DNA of 64,000 bases from Nitrosopumilus sp. (GCA_965238275.1 OZ250186.1:1664001-1728000), one strand, 5' to 3'; shown: positions 1-11,133, counted from the first letter of the stretch. Notes: generated by a model from the sequence alone, not told the origin. Numbers and translations: made by a program.

Positions 1-536
1 TCCCTGAAGGTGTACTGCTCTATGCTGTATCTCTCCCTGACATAGTTTATCATGGGCTCTATGTTTCTGGAGTAGACCTCAAAGGAGTGGTTGCATGCCT
101 CCTCGTACGTGTCTGCAAACCTTGACTCCATTATGGTCCGGTCCCTGTGGAACCTGTACCTGCCGTTCTCCTTTCTGTTCCACGGGACGTACCTTGACGA
201 CTTTTCCAGGTATGACAGCCCGATCCTCCTGTCCTCTATCTTTTTTACTGCGATGTTTGAGAGCCCCTCGATTGCAATCTGGGCCTCTCCAAGCTCTGCG
301 ACAGAGTCATCCCCGTACTCCACAAGAATCCTGTTGTAAAACTCCTCCCCCCTGTTCGGGTTTCCAAGAAACTCGTCAAGAAAGATCCTCCTCATGCTCT
401 TGTCCGTCCTGCTGTATCTTGACATGAGCGCGCCGCGGTCAACCTGCCGAGGTGTGGTGATCGCAAAGACGTTCCCGTCCGTGTTTGAAAAGTGTCCTGA
501 CAGGATCTCAGTCTCTTCTGGCGTAAACTCTGGCAA
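1..536 (-). CDS. thyX: FAD-dependent thymidylate synthase, 5' part (runs off the window)
   Basis: Manual translation of the minus strand: LPEFTPEE...[10 protein letters not shown]...[11 protein letters not shown]...[18 protein letters not shown], typical of thaumarchaeal ThyX. Confidence 0.85.
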   Translation of the reverse strand, partial: MPEFTPEETEILSGHFSNTDGNVFAITTPRQVDRGALMSRYSRTDKSMRRIFLDEFLGNPNRGEEFYNRILVEYGDDSVAELGEAQIAIEGLSNIAVKKIEDRRIGLSYLEKSSRYVPWNRKENGRYRFHRDRTIMESRFADTYEEACNHSFEVYSRNIEPMINYVRERYSIEQYTFR

Positions 537-657
537 CACTACATCCCGGACTGTGTCCTATTTTTGTCAATCTCAATTCATATGATATCCTAAGAGTCAA
601 GCCGCATCCACCATACGGCACCAAATCGCAGAACCGCCCCCTGGGACTAGTGCGTGG

Positions 658-951
658 CTACTTTTTTCTTCCAATCTGTATGAGGTCCGGACCATTGTCT
701 CTGTCCCTGTCGCGACCCTTGGACTGCCACCTCAGCAGAACCTCCTTGAACGATGCGGCGTCTGCCTCGTTTTCAGTATACAGCAGGGTCGTAACCCAGA
801 ATCCGCCCTTTGCAGTCTTTCCGCCAATGGAGTTCATCCAAAAGTCGCTTGGCAGGCTTTCCAGAGGCTTGCTGTTCGGATCCCTGGTCTCTGCTACCCA
901 TCTGCTTGCGACAAAGTTCAGGATCTGCTCAAGCTCTTCTCTCTGAATCAT
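658..951 (-). CDS. hypothetical protein
   Basis: 97-aa ORF with an AT-rich TATA-like sequence upstream. Confidence 0.6.
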   Translation of the reverse strand: MIQREELEQILNFVASRWVAETRDPNSKPLESLPSDFWMNSIGGKTAKGGFWVTTLLYTENEADAASFKEVLLRWQSKGRDRDRDNGPDLIQIGRKK

Positions 952-1166
952 ACGTGTCCTGATACGGCTCTAAATTTTAAAATTACGCTTGCCCTCCCCT
1001 GCTGCATCATCCTGAAGACGCGGTTCGGCGAATGTGCACCGTCTCCGGAATCCTGCTTCGCGCATGAATGCGCATCGTGCCTGCCGCATGTTGTAAAATT
1101 AATCTCACAAAAACTCAAAACATTTCTTACACGTTATTGGTTATACAATTCCATCAAACACTACAC

Positions 1167-2048
1167 ATGACACATGACAACGTCGAGATTATTGGCAAAA
1201 ACGTCAAGGACATGTACGGGTCATTCATGGGCAGCGTCGTAGGAACTGTAACTGACATAGACGGAAGCGTCCAGTCAGTGGGCATCGATTACGGCTCCCA
1301 CGGACTGCAGCAGATCCCATACGAACAGCTGGTGGTTCAGGACGAGGTGGTCATCTTCATTCCGAGATGGAGGCTTGACTCACAGAGGCTCATCCGTGAA
1401 AAACAGCTTACGCTGCGCCGCCTCAAGGCCCTGATGGACATTGTTGCTGAAAACGATGACATGAAAGATGACGCTGAGATCATCCATGAGAAATACAAGT
1501 CAAAACTTGCATCTCTGGATGAGGCAGAGGCTGAAATCAGGGTCAAACTTGAGACAAGACTCTCCGAGCTCAACGAACAGCAAACGTCTGCCAAGACACT
1601 GCTCTTTGATGCAAAGGTGCAGTACAAGAGTGATGAGATCTCCGAGGCCACCTTTGAGATTGTAAAATCATCAACCAGTGGCGTAATCGAGCACATCGCA
1701 CATGAATCCGCAGAGATCTCAAACATCAAGAGTCGCATTGCCGATCTTGAACTTGAATCCGAGCAGATCGAGGCACCGGCACACCCGATACAGGAGTCGG
1801 CCGTAACATACCTGGAGGCTGCTGCCACATCACAACAGATGACGCAGACAATGCTTCCGGAGGCACCGACAGAACCCGTACCAGAACAGATGCCAGAGCA
1901 GACGCCAGAGCCCGTAGAAGCACCGACAGAACCAAAAAATCTCAACCAATCTGCAGTTCCATTCGCATTCCCAAAGCCGCCTGTACAGACAGCTTCGGAA
2001 CCTGTAGACGATGACCAAGACTGGCTTGCCCGAATGGAGGCACAGTAA
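1167..2048 (+). CDS. cdvA: CdvA cell division protein
   Basis: N-terminal PRC-barrel-like IIGKNVKDMYG, long coiled coil, Pro/Glu-rich linker and C-terminal DWLARMEAQ. Confidence 0.85.
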   Translation: MTHDNVEIIGKNVKDMYGSFMGSVVGTVTDIDGSVQSVGIDYGSHGLQQIPYEQLVVQDEVVIFIPRWRLDSQRLIREKQLTLRRLKALMDIVAENDDMKDDAEIIHEKYKSKLASLDEAEAEIRVKLETRLSELNEQQTSAKTLLFDAKVQYKSDEISEATFEIVKSSTSGVIEHIAHESAEISNIKSRIADLELESEQIEAPAHPIQESAVTYLEAAATSQQMTQTMLPEAPTEPVPEQMPEQTPEPVEAPTEPKNLNQSAVPFAFPKPPVQTASEPVDDDQDWLARMEAQ

Positions 2049-2091
2049 TTTTTTTAACTCCTGAATTACGTCTGGACAGTGACTAATCAGC

Positions 2092-3987
2092 ATGATGACC
2101 AATTCAGGACGCGGCGGCCTGAGGGAAAGGGCCGAATCCGACTTTGTATCCTTCTGGGACGACCAGGCAAGGCGCCTGTCGTGGTTTGCCCCGTGGAACA
2201 AAACACTTGACTGGCAGCCCCCGTTTGCCCGGTGGTTTGTAGGGGGGAAGATCAACGCATCACACAACACGCTGGATGTACACCAGAAGGACAGGCCAGA
2301 CAAGCCTGCAATCCTCTGGGAGGGCGAGGACGGCCGGTCGCGGACCATCTCGTACCACAACCTGTTCATTCTGGTAAAAAAATTCTCAAACGCCCTCAAG
2401 TCCCTTGGAGTCAGAAAAGGGGACCGCGTAACACTGTACCTTCCAATGGTGCCTGAGACCGTGGTTGCGATGCTGGCATGTGCAAGAATCGGCGCCGTCC
2501 ACAACGTGATATTCTCCGGATTCAGCGCAGCCTCTGTCCGAAGCAGGATTGAGGACTGCGGCTCCAAGGTTGTAATCACTGCAGACGGGGGGTTTAGGAG
2601 GGGGGACGTGATCAGACTCAAGGATATAATCGACGAGGCAGTAGCCGGCCTTGACTCTGTAGAGCATGTAATAGTGCTTGAGCGGGCAAAAAACACGATA
2701 ACGCCGGCACCCCGGGACGTATTCTGGCATGACCTGATGGATAGCGCATCTGACGCGTGCGATGCGGCGTGGCTTGACAGTGCCCACCCGCTCTACATCC
2801 TGTACACCTCCGGAACCACCGGAAAGCCCAAGGGGGTGCTTCATGGAACCGGGGGATACCTTACACACATCCATTCCACATTCGGATGGGCCTTTGGCAT
2901 CCGGGACTCTGACGTCTTTTTTTGCACTGCCGACATAGGCTGGGTTACCGGCCACAGCTATGTGGTGTATGCGCCCCTGCTTCACGGGGCCACGATAGTG
3001 TTGTACGAGGGCGCCCCGGACTACCCCGACGTCTCTCGGATGTGGAACATCATTCAAAGGTACGGCGTCACGATATTTTATACTGCCCCCACGGCGCTCA
3101 GGATGTTCATGCGGTTTGGCAACGGCATCCCGGATTCGTTTGATCTCTCGTCGCTGAGGCTGCTTGGGACCGTAGGCGAGCCCATCAACCCCGAGGTATG
3201 GACGTGGTACCATTCCGTGATTGGAAAGGGCAGGTGCCCTGTCATTGATACCTGGTGGCAGACTGAGACCGGGGGCATGATGATCTCGGCGCTGCCGGGA
3301 CTGGAGACGATTCCGCTCAAGCCCGGCTCCGGGACGTTTCCCATCCCGGGCGTGGACATTGACGTGGTGGATGGGGACGGCGCGTCCCTTCCCCCCGACA
3401 CCAAGGGACACCTTGTCATTAGAAATCCGTGGCCGGGGATGCTCCTTACCCTGTGGAACAATGACGAAAAGTACCGCGAGTCGTACTGGTCAAGGTATCC
3501 CGGATGCTACTACTCTGGCGACTATGCGCTGAGGGATGCTGACGGATACCTTTGGCTGCTTGGAAGGGCAGACGACGTGCTCAATGTCGCAGGGCACAGG
3601 ATTGGAACCGCAGAGCTTGAGAGCTGCCTGGTATCCCACGACGAGGTTGCAGAGTCTGCCGTGTGCGGCGTGCCAGACGAGATACGGGGCGAGGCGATCC
3701 TCGCATTTGTAGTGCTCACTGCCAGCTCCGCTGCGGGCCATGACGAGCTGCGAAAGGCCCTTGCCGGCAGGGTGCGCGACGAGATCAGCGCCATTGCAGT
3801 TCCCGGCAGGATTCATTTTGTCTCAAAGCTTCCCAAGACGCGCAGCGGCAAGATCATGAGGCGGCTGATCAAGGCCATTGCATGCAGCGGCAGCCCGACA
3901 GGCGATCTCAGCACGCTTGAGGATTACACTGCCGTAGCCGAGATGCAGGATGCCATCAGGGGTCCGAGCCCTGATAATTCCGGATAG
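2092..3987 (+). CDS. acs: AMP-forming acetyl-CoA synthetase
   Basis: YTSGTTGKPKG, DTWWQTETG and LPKTRSGKIMRR motifs. Confidence 0.9.
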   Translation: MMTNSGRGGLRERAESDFVSFWDDQARRLSWFAPWNKTLDWQPPFARWFVGGKINASHNTLDVHQKDRPDKPAILWEGEDGRSRTISYHNLFILVKKFSNALKSLGVRKGDRVTLYLPMVPETVVAMLACARIGAVHNVIFSGFSAASVRSRIEDCGSKVVITADGGFRRGDVIRLKDIIDEAVAGLDSVEHVIVLERAKNTITPAPRDVFWHDLMDSASDACDAAWLDSAHPLYILYTSGTTGKPKGVLHGTGGYLTHIHSTFGWAFGIRDSDVFFCTADIGWVTGHSYVVYAPLLHGATIVLYEGAPDYPDVSRMWNIIQRYGVTIFYTAPTALRMFMRFGNGIPDSFDLSSLRLLGTVGEPINPEVWTWYHSVIGKGRCPVIDTWWQTETGGMMISALPGLETIPLKPGSGTFPIPGVDIDVVDGDGASLPPDTKGHLVIRNPWPGMLLTLWNNDEKYRESYWSRYPGCYYSGDYALRDADGYLWLLGRADDVLNVAGHRIGTAELESCLVSHDEVAESAVCGVPDEIRGEAILAFVVLTASSAAGHDELRKALAGRVRDEISAIAVPGRIHFVSKLPKTRSGKIMRRLIKAIACSGSPTGDLSTLEDYTAVAEMQDAIRGPSPDNSG

Positions 3988-4026
3988 ATGCCGCACTGCA
4001 CGTACGGCTGCCGGATCCCCTGGTTA

Positions 4027-4560
4027 CTACTCCAGTCCGCCCAGGTCCAGGGACAAAAGCATGTCAAACATCTCCCTGAGCCCGTCATACTCTGACCTTG
4101 AGACATCATCAAACTTGTCATACTGCTCCTGCCGTATCTCATCAAGCCTGCAGCTTGCGTCGGTGAAGAACTTTTCATACCCTGCGATATCCTCCCGGGT
4201 CATCTGGGTCATGTCAAAGATTACCGTGTTGCTGCCAAGAAGTTCTGCATTCTCGTCATACAGGCTGGTTGCCTGCAGCAGTCCTGGAAACGTGCTCTTG
4301 TCGTGCCTCTGGAACGTGATCCTGATGTCCGTGACTGCCCCCGTCTCAAACCACGTCTTCAGGGAGTCGTTCATGGCATGCCATGAATCCTTTGGCACGT
4401 GCTCAAATATCGTCTTGCCAAGGATCTCTGACTTGGCGTATCCAAGATTTGCAGCATACGTGGAGTTGCAGTCAAGGATTATTCCTATCGAGTTGATCCT
4501 TCTCCACATTATCGGGGCATCCCTGAGAGTTCTCCTGGCCTCGGTCTGGTGCATTTCCAC
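4027..4560 (-). CDS. PAS-domain protein
   Basis: GIILDCNSTYAANLGYAKSEILGKTIFEHV PAS signature. Confidence 0.8.
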   Translation of the reverse strand: MEMHQTEARRTLRDAPIMWRRINSIGIILDCNSTYAANLGYAKSEILGKTIFEHVPKDSWHAMNDSLKTWFETGAVTDIRITFQRHDKSTFPGLLQATSLYDENAELLGSNTVIFDMTQMTREDIAGYEKFFTDASCRLDEIRQEQYDKFDDVSRSEYDGLREMFDMLLSLDLGGLE

Positions 4561-4820
4561 ATGATCGTTTCGTCTGGTTCTTAATAATAATACTTGAAAG
4601 CATGCAGTCGTCGTTGTCGTCGTCGTGCCTGCCCGGATGCTGCCCTTGGACGGGTACCCGCAGTCGACGTCTCATCGTAGGGCAAGAAACGATCTGATGT
4701 GGGCGAATCCGTACTCTCAGAACAGAATATCTGCCGTGTCGCGTACCGGTTTGTGATTGCCATGGGATGTGGTTTCCTGCTTGGTTTTTGCGATGGTCCC
4801 CGGGGAGCCGCATGCGCATG

Positions 4821-5378
4821 CTATCGTTGATCAGATCTTCTTTTTCTCCAAACGACAACCCCCGCAATTATTGCCGGTACAGCTACAGACATGGTCAGTG
4901 AGGAAAGGCCGTATTGGCTAAAGAAATTATAGTCTTGCCTGTAGTGCTGTATTTGACCGTGCTCGTCCTCATGCGAATATTCATCAAAACCTGAAATCTG
5001 TTTTGTACTGCATATGCCGGTCTCGCCTGTGAACTGATTTCCACCGTACGTAAAGACCTGATACGTTTCCCCTACTTTGTAGTCAACACTACAGCTGCTG
5101 TATCGGCTACTGCCTTCACCGTAACGGATTATGCTAGAGTCCTCAAAAATATGGTCTCCATAGGGATAACTTCCTTTTTGTACCTGATGAATGTCAAAAA
5201 CAACTTTTCGTGGGCCGTCGCCTGCTGGGATGTCTTTCACCGTTGCCTGAAATGCCCCATCAGACCCTATCCAGGTCATTAGAAAGTCCGGATGCGCCGA
5301 ACAGGAACAGGCAAAGGAATCTTGAATCTGCAAGACTGCAAGAACTATCAGCAATGCGGCCAGAACCACCAGTCTCAT
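4821..5378 (-). CDS. secreted membrane-anchored protein with TIMP/NTR-like Cys-Ser-Cys N-terminus
   Basis: Signal peptide ending SFA, then CSC; further Cys in SSCSV and GICST; C-terminal TM segment followed by RKRR. Confidence 0.6.
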   Translation of the reverse strand: MRLVVLAALLIVLAVLQIQDSFACSCSAHPDFLMTWIGSDGAFQATVKDIPAGDGPRKVVFDIHQVQKGSYPYGDHIFEDSSIIRYGEGSSRYSSCSVDYKVGETYQVFTYGGNQFTGETGICSTKQISGFDEYSHEDEHGQIQHYRQDYNFFSQYGLSSLTMSVAVPAIIAGVVVWRKRRSDQR

Positions 5379-5849
5379 CTTCTATCTCCCCAACACGCTT
5401 GAAGCTGTCCCACGGATAACGGCATGTCCGTGCTGTACATCAAGGGACCTTGCCCAAAAATTCTCTGAATTGCCACCGATCCAGTCTGCCGCATGGGGTT
5501 AAAAACTGATTACGTGAGCATGCTGCCAAATGACTTGTAAGGCGCATAGAAAAAAGCAGACAAGCCAAAGGGCAACAGCACCGGCAAGCTAAAGTTTGCC
5601 ATTGGTGGGGATGGCATAATCGAACATGTACCGGATGGGTAAATTTTCTTGAGAGGATCTTGGATTTACGCCATCAACCGTTCCTGCAGGAGAACCCGGT
5701 CGCCTGCAGGCATCTCTCTGGCATGTTTGCCACCACCCGCGCTGCCACCCCCCCAAAGTCCTGTTTCCCTGCCAGACACATTATTTCGTAGGTCCGTCAC
5801 TGCACCAACAATAATTTACCCTTGCATGAAAGGCCGGCAACCTTTTCCC

Positions 5850-6869
5850 TCAGAACCACTGATCCAGATTCTGGCTTCTCTTCTCGACTGACCTGCGCAG
5901 CCTGTTCAGCGTCGAGCGGACCCTCTCCTCTGAAAAGCTCCTCCCTGCAAGATAGTCCGTTATGCCCTCATAGTCCACCTGGCCAAACGTTATCTGGCCA
6001 ACGTCAGTCACGTCGGGATTCAGGAAGATCTTGCGTATCTGCTCAAAGTCGATCTCCTGCAGCTGCTCCTGAATCTGCGGAATGTCCTCCAGCCTTGAAT
6101 GCTGCCTTATCATCTTTAATGCCGTCTTTGGGCCTATCCTCTCAAACCCCTTTGGGTTAAAGTCGGTTCCAATCAGGATGCCCACATCCACCAGCTGCCC
6201 CCTTTCCAGTCCCAGGGAGTCCAGGGTCTTTTGCGTCTCGATGATCTCCGGCACCACATCCACGTATGCGTTCCTGTTGGGAATCTTCCTCCTTCCGCTG
6301 TTTGTAAAGTTTCTTACCAGTTTTTTTGCACCGCACAGGATGGAATCAAAGTCCTGGCTTGCGCAGGCGTATGCCTGCCCCGTGTTTGTCAGGTGTGCCG
6401 CAGTCGCCTCGCCCTCTGATGCGGCCTCCACGTATGGAATTCCAAACAGTTTCAGGATGTGCTTCGAGTCCCTGACCATTCCGTCCTTCATGGCAGTGGT
6501 CTGCTGCGCGTATTTTCTTGCATCCTCCATCTTTCCCTCCCTGACTGCCTTTTCGTACTTTACGGTGGCGTCCTTTTTGATCTGCTTCCTCCTTTCAATC
6601 TCTGCGGCCTTGAGGGACGGAGGCTTTCCGTCAAAGATGTAGACCGGCCTTATCCCGAGGGATAGAAAGTTGACGTTCCTGTAGAGCAGCCCGCTCAGGT
6701 GGCTGGTCACCCTTCCCTCAGAATCGGACAACTGCTGCCCGTCCGGCCCCCTGATGCTTGCCAGAAACTGGTAAATGGCATTGTATGCGTCAATGGCAAC
6801 CACCTTGGCAGAAAACGCACCAAGGCTGGTCTTCTCCCTTTCCACTAGTTCCTTCAGGTTCAGTCCCAT
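5850..6869 (-). CDS. fen: flap endonuclease 1
   Basis: [27 protein letters not shown] motifs; C-terminal PIP box QNLDQWF. Confidence 0.97.
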   Translation of the reverse strand: MGLNLKELVEREKTSLGAFSAKVVAIDAYNAIYQFLASIRGPDGQQLSDSEGRVTSHLSGLLYRNVNFLSLGIRPVYIFDGKPPSLKAAEIERRKQIKKDATVKYEKAVREGKMEDARKYAQQTTAMKDGMVRDSKHILKLFGIPYVEAASEGEATAAHLTNTGQAYACASQDFDSILCGAKKLVRNFTNSGRRKIPNRNAYVDVVPEIIETQKTLDSLGLERGQLVDVGILIGTDFNPKGFERIGPKTALKMIRQHSRLEDIPQIQEQLQEIDFEQIRKIFLNPDVTDVGQITFGQVDYEGITDYLAGRSFSEERVRSTLNRLRRSVEKRSQNLDQWF

Positions 6870-7042
6870 GACAACATATCCTGAAACGGTGTGTTATTTT
6901 GTGTTTGTCCTTTGCCCCGGACATCACCCCCCGGCGTCCGTCCCTGCATGCCCCCCTGCTGTCTGGCTGTAGCCGGTGCGGGGACCTGTCCGGGAACCGA
7001 TCCGGGAACCGGTTTTAATATGGATGAGTCCCCGTAGGTGAC

Positions 7043-7312
7043 ATGAAGAGGCCCCCGCTCAGGCCATACCTAGAGGATCGGATATTCGAGATCAGACGTA
7101 CTGACGGCATGGTATCCCAAATAACATCCTACTTTCCGCTTGGCGAATCCGAGATGCGGGAGATCTTTTTGGCCACCGGTGGTACCAAACCCGAGATACG
7201 CTCCATATTCGCCGATGAGATCAGCGACTAGGAGTGGGAGCGCACCCGGACGCAGATCAAAAAAAGGTTCAACGACGAGCTGATTGGCATTGGGCAGAAG
7301 GATCTAATCTGA
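7043..7312 (+). pseudogene. small hypothetical protein with an internal in-frame TAG (7229-7231)
   Basis: Frame continues past TAG as EWERTRTQIKKRFNDELIGIGQKDLI to TGA at 7310-7312. Confidence 0.55.
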
Positions 7313-7341
7313 TTTATTTTGGGGTGCGTTTTAGCCTAATT

Positions 7342-7426
7342 GCCGGGATAGCCAAGCGGTAAGGCGGCCGTCTCGAAAACGGCTATGCGAAAGCATGCAG
7401 GGGTTCGAATCCCTTTCCCGGCGCCA
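7342..7426 (+). tRNA. tRNA-Ser(CGA)
   Basis: Acceptor stem GCCGGGA/TCCCGGC, anticodon arm GCCGT-CTCGAAA-ACGGC, long variable arm, GTTCGAATCC T-arm, encoded CCA. Confidence 0.95.
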
Positions 7427-7680
7427 TCACAAAATCACCCTCATGGAATGTAAAAGCAGTGGTTTCCGTATATCATGTGACAGTTGGTAAACAGTAGGTA
7501 GAACGTCATGATTGACAGCGGCCCGAATATTAGAAACAGCGTGCGGTGGCTCATCCTGTTCAGCCACCCAAATACCCCCATGATTCCTGTACCCTCAGCG
7601 CACAATAATAGTTTGATATTTCAGAACCGCGCCGCTTGGCATCCAATGCCCCAGAATGCCCTCAAAATCTTTAAAGTCGC

Positions 7681-7884
7681 ATGACTGCAAGACCTGCCAT
7701 GACTGGAGAGACTGAATCCCGCATACTGGCATCGGGAATTCCCCTGGACAGGCTGATCCTTCACTTTCGGGAAAGGTGCAGGGTGTGCGGGCATCACCGG
7801 ATAATGCACGACGAGGCTGGCTGCTGCGAGGGTGTGATGAACAAGCCGTGTAACTCCGGATGCGACGGCTTTGAGGCAGAATGA
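7681..7884 (+). CDS. small Cys/His-rich hypothetical protein
   Basis: CRVCGHHRIMH...CCEG...CNSGC. Confidence 0.6.
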   Translation: MTARPAMTGETESRILASGIPLDRLILHFRERCRVCGHHRIMHDEAGCCEGVMNKPCNSGCDGFEAE

Positions 7885-7893
7885 GCACGCCTC

Positions 7894-9141
7894 GGCGTGT
7901 CCACATCTTCCTCAAAAAAGTAACGTTACGCTTAAAGATCATTAGCGTCAGACACCAGAAAAGTTTTGGATCACCGATCCCGCTCACAATTAATGAATTC
8001 CAATAGAAAAAAGAGGAAGGCAAAGAACAGAGCCAAGGAAGACAAAGACAAGGAAAACAAGGAGAAATGGGTGCGGCCGAAAGGCTACAGCAAAGAATAC
8101 GAGGTGAGAAGGAGTGGAGAGGGGAAACGAGTATCAATCAGAATCCGATCCCTTGCCACCACCCTGTACGAGATCTTCAAACCAAAATCTGATAAGGACC
8201 GGCGTGAGATCTCCTACTTGATCTGCCTCATGGACAAGGAGTTTCGCGGCAACTCATACCGGGAACACGTCTCGTACCTAGAGGCAAACCCAGGTTCACT
8301 GCACGTATGCGGCTTAAAAGCTGTTCCGTCCAAATCGTGCCTGCATGCGGCAGCCAAGAGGTTGGCAGAAAAGCAGGAGGTTCTGGCAGAGACGATCCTA
8401 AGACAGGCAGGCAGTGATGCACACGGTCCTCTCCTCGGGGACGCAACCGGATTCTCAATCAACGTCTACGCCGACTGGGAGGATGCCAAGAAGGGCATCG
8501 TGTCCAGGCGTCAGTTCGTCAAGCTGCATATACTGGTGGCCCCCCATGGAAAGATCGTCGCATGCATGGTGACGCCCGGACGCACCCACGACTCGCCGAT
8601 ATTCCGAAAGATGATTGCCCGCGTGCCAGACGGTGACGGGCACGTCATGCTGGATTCGGCATATGACGCACGCGCCAACTGCAAGATGATCTACGACAGC
8701 GGCAGGAAGCCGGTGATATGGCCCCGCAAGAACCACACCGCAAAGGGTTTCAACCCCCGGGCAGAGATGCTCCGCTGGTTCAGGCGGGATCAGGACGGAT
8801 TCGAGAAGGTGTATCACCAACGCAGCCCTGTCGAGTCGGTGTTTTCATCCATGAAGGAAAGGTTCGGCTCCGTAGTGGCCGCAAAGACGCTCCCCATGCA
8901 GAGGCTCCAGGTAATTCTGCGAAACATCTGTTACAATCTGGTAGCATAGGGCTCCTGTAGGGGCAGAATGCCGGTTTCCGGTTCCAGCAGATGCTATACA
9001 CCACATGATGAAAACGGCTCAAAAGCGACTAATAGTAAACCTGTCAACACCAAAACTCCCTTCGGAGTCCAGATTTGGGGTGCCAAAATAAACCAAAAAT
9101 AGTGTGAAATAGAGCGGGATTATCAAAATGTGGACAACGCC
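7894..9141 (+). mobile_element. IS5-family insertion sequence
   Basis: TIRs GGCGTGTCCACAT / ATGTGGACAACGCC; 10-bp TSD AGCACGCCTC at 7884-7893 and 9142-9151. Confidence 0.9.
7993..8949 (+). CDS. IS5-family DDE transposase
   Basis: GDATG, KLH, LDSAYD and YHQRSPVESVFSSMK motifs. Confidence 0.9.
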   Translation: MNSNRKKRKAKNRAKEDKDKENKEKWVRPKGYSKEYEVRRSGEGKRVSIRIRSLATTLYEIFKPKSDKDRREISYLICLMDKEFRGNSYREHVSYLEANPGSLHVCGLKAVPSKSCLHAAAKRLAEKQEVLAETILRQAGSDAHGPLLGDATGFSINVYADWEDAKKGIVSRRQFVKLHILVAPHGKIVACMVTPGRTHDSPIFRKMIARVPDGDGHVMLDSAYDARANCKMIYDSGRKPVIWPRKNHTAKGFNPRAEMLRWFRRDQDGFEKVYHQRSPVESVFSSMKERFGSVVAAKTLPMQRLQVILRNICYNLVA

Positions 9142-9183
9142 AGCACGCCTCCAATCCTTTAATAGGTCACGCCATACCTGTGT

Positions 9184-9834
9184 ATGTTGAGTCCGGATGA
9201 TGCCCAAGAGAGAATCTATCCGCTCGGTTACGAGCCAAAGGACATTCCCGACACGCATGATCAGGACACCCGGAACAAGCTTCTCAACTTCATTCTTGCA
9301 TCCAACACCTCTGAGGTTGTAGATACTGATCTATTTGCGGTAATGGCAAAGAGGCGCTCCACAAGACGGTTTCTTGACAGGCCGGTTGATGCAACCAAGG
9401 TAGACAAGATCATCGCGGCTGCAGACACGGCCCCTACTGCGGGAAACTATCAGGGGTTTGAGATATTCTATGTCCGGAATCCCGAAAAGAAGACGCGCCT
9501 GGTGGAGGCATGCAACAACCAGCCATACGTCAATGCGCCGGTGGTCCTTGCCTTTTGCAAGAATCCCTCCAGGGTGAGGTTTGACTTTTCTGAGTACATC
9601 CTTAAGAAATTTGCAATCCAGGATGCCACCCTGGCGGCAGGCTACTCGCAGCTTGCAGCACAGGCACTGGGGCTGAGTTCCATCTGGATAGGCATGTTTG
9701 ACGAGAAGAAGGTGATGGCCGTGCTGGAGACTGATCTTGTTCCGTCATCGATCCTGTGCATCGGATACCCCAAGCAGACAAAGTTCCCAAAATCCCGACG
9801 AAACCTAAAGGATCTGGTCCACGTCGCCTGGTGA
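9184..9834 (+). CDS. nitroreductase family protein
   Basis: RRSTRRF, APTAGNYQ, LGLSSIWIG. Confidence 0.9.
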   Translation: MLSPDDAQERIYPLGYEPKDIPDTHDQDTRNKLLNFILASNTSEVVDTDLFAVMAKRRSTRRFLDRPVDATKVDKIIAAADTAPTAGNYQGFEIFYVRNPEKKTRLVEACNNQPYVNAPVVLAFCKNPSRVRFDFSEYILKKFAIQDATLAAGYSQLAAQALGLSSIWIGMFDEKKVMAVLETDLVPSSILCIGYPKQTKFPKSRRNLKDLVHVAW

Positions 9835-9891
9835 TCCTGCTGACCCGCCAAATCGCCCATCTTTAAATAATCATGGCTTCTTGTGTAGCTT

Positions 9892-10131
9892 ATGACTACT
9901 GCGTATGTCCTGCTGAACTGTGATCTGGGGGCAGAGTCTGAGATCATCGAGGCACTGCATGGGATAGAGCAGACAGTGGACGTCTTTGAGACAATCGGGA
10001 CACATGACGTGGTGGTAAAGATTCAGGCAGAAAATTTTGAGAAGATCAGGGAGGTCGTATCCTGGAACATTCAGAAGATAAAAAAGATCCGCTCCACTGT
10101 CACCCTGATAAAAAAAGAGACCGCCGCCTAA
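9892..10131 (+). CDS. Lrp/AsnC ligand-binding-domain protein
   Basis: AYVLLNCDLG...GTHDVVVKI...IRSTVTL. Confidence 0.85.
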   Translation: MTTAYVLLNCDLGAESEIIEALHGIEQTVDVFETIGTHDVVVKIQAENFEKIREVVSWNIQKIKKIRSTVTLIKKETAA

Positions 10132-10183
10132 ATTCATGCAGATCCCCACAACCCCTAATAACACGCGTACCAGACGTGATGGC

Positions 10184-10684
10184 ATGACTACGGTATACCT
10201 TGCAAGCCCGTACGGCTTTACCTCTGCAGGCGTGGAGTATCTGGCAAAGATCGTCCCGTTCCTGCAGGAACGGAACGTGACGGTGCTGGACCCGTGGAGA
10301 AACCTGCCCGGGATTGCACAGAAGATCAAAGACATTCAAGGGCTTCCTCTGGAGTCCCAAAACCGACACCTCGGGCGCCTCAACGACTCCGTGGCAGATC
10401 AGAACACCCGGGACATAGACCGGTCCGACGTGGTCGTGGCCGTGCTTGACGGTACGGATGTCGACAGCGGGGTTGCAGCAGAGATAGGATACGCGTTTGC
10501 ACAAAAAAAGAGGATCTACGGGTACAGGAGCGACTTTAGGCTTGCAGGGGACAATTCTGCCGCACTGGTAAACCTGCAGGTGGAGTACTTCATAAACAGG
10601 TCCGGTGGCGCGATATTTGATCTGTTGGAGAACCTTGGAGAAGCACTGTCCGAAGAATTCGGCCACCAGCCGGCGGCCTCATAG
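10184..10684 (+). CDS. nucleoside 2-deoxyribosyltransferase family protein
   Basis: VYLASP, DGTDVDSGVAAEIGYAFA, YRSDFR, NLQ. Confidence 0.85.
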   Translation: MTTVYLASPYGFTSAGVEYLAKIVPFLQERNVTVLDPWRNLPGIAQKIKDIQGLPLESQNRHLGRLNDSVADQNTRDIDRSDVVVAVLDGTDVDSGVAAEIGYAFAQKKRIYGYRSDFRLAGDNSAALVNLQVEYFINRSGGAIFDLLENLGEALSEEFGHQPAAS

Positions 10685-10691
10685 TCTTTGA

Positions 10692-11090
10692 TCACTTGGG
10701 ATCGTCTGGGTTCTCTCTTCTGCCAGGCCCCACCATGTCCTCCGGCCGTACCCTGCTGTCCCAGTCTCCCCTCACCCCCTTGACAAGTGCGATCACCCCG
10801 GCGCCGATAATCCCAATCACCATGGACACAAACAGCACCTCGTTTCGAATCTTGTCTGCGCAGTCGACCTCCTGGGGCGGAATCTCCGTTCGAACCTCCT
10901 CCCATGGCGGCCACAGCGCATCCTCGCGAGGAGCCTGCACATACGTACCCTCGGATGCGTACTCGTAGCATGTCCCAAATTCGCTTGATTCCACAAACGC
11001 GCCGCTGTACTGGTCTCCGAGGACACCCAGCACCACAAACCCTGCAAAGATCAGTGCGATACCCATCAGAATGAACCGCATGTCACTCAT
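10692..11090 (-). CDS. hypothetical membrane protein
   Basis: Two hydrophobic segments; C-terminal GDWD...EDMVGP. Confidence 0.7.
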   Translation of the reverse strand: MSDMRFILMGIALIFAGFVVLGVLGDQYSGAFVESSEFGTCYEYASEGTYVQAPREDALWPPWEEVRTEIPPQEVDCADKIRNEVLFVSMVIGIIGAGVIALVKGVRGDWDSRVRPEDMVGPGRRENPDDPK

Positions 11091-11133
11091 GCCGGTTTTA
11101 GGCAGTCAGTCTATTTACGCCTTGGTTTCATCA

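Noticed and set aside
1337-3816. Long antisense ORFs over cdvA and acs (and similar ones throughout the window)
   Set aside because: Shadow ORFs of GC-rich genes that have clear motifs on the opposite strand
7342-7700. Integrative element at tRNA-Ser
   Set aside because: No integrase and no duplicated tRNA 3' end noticed in the window
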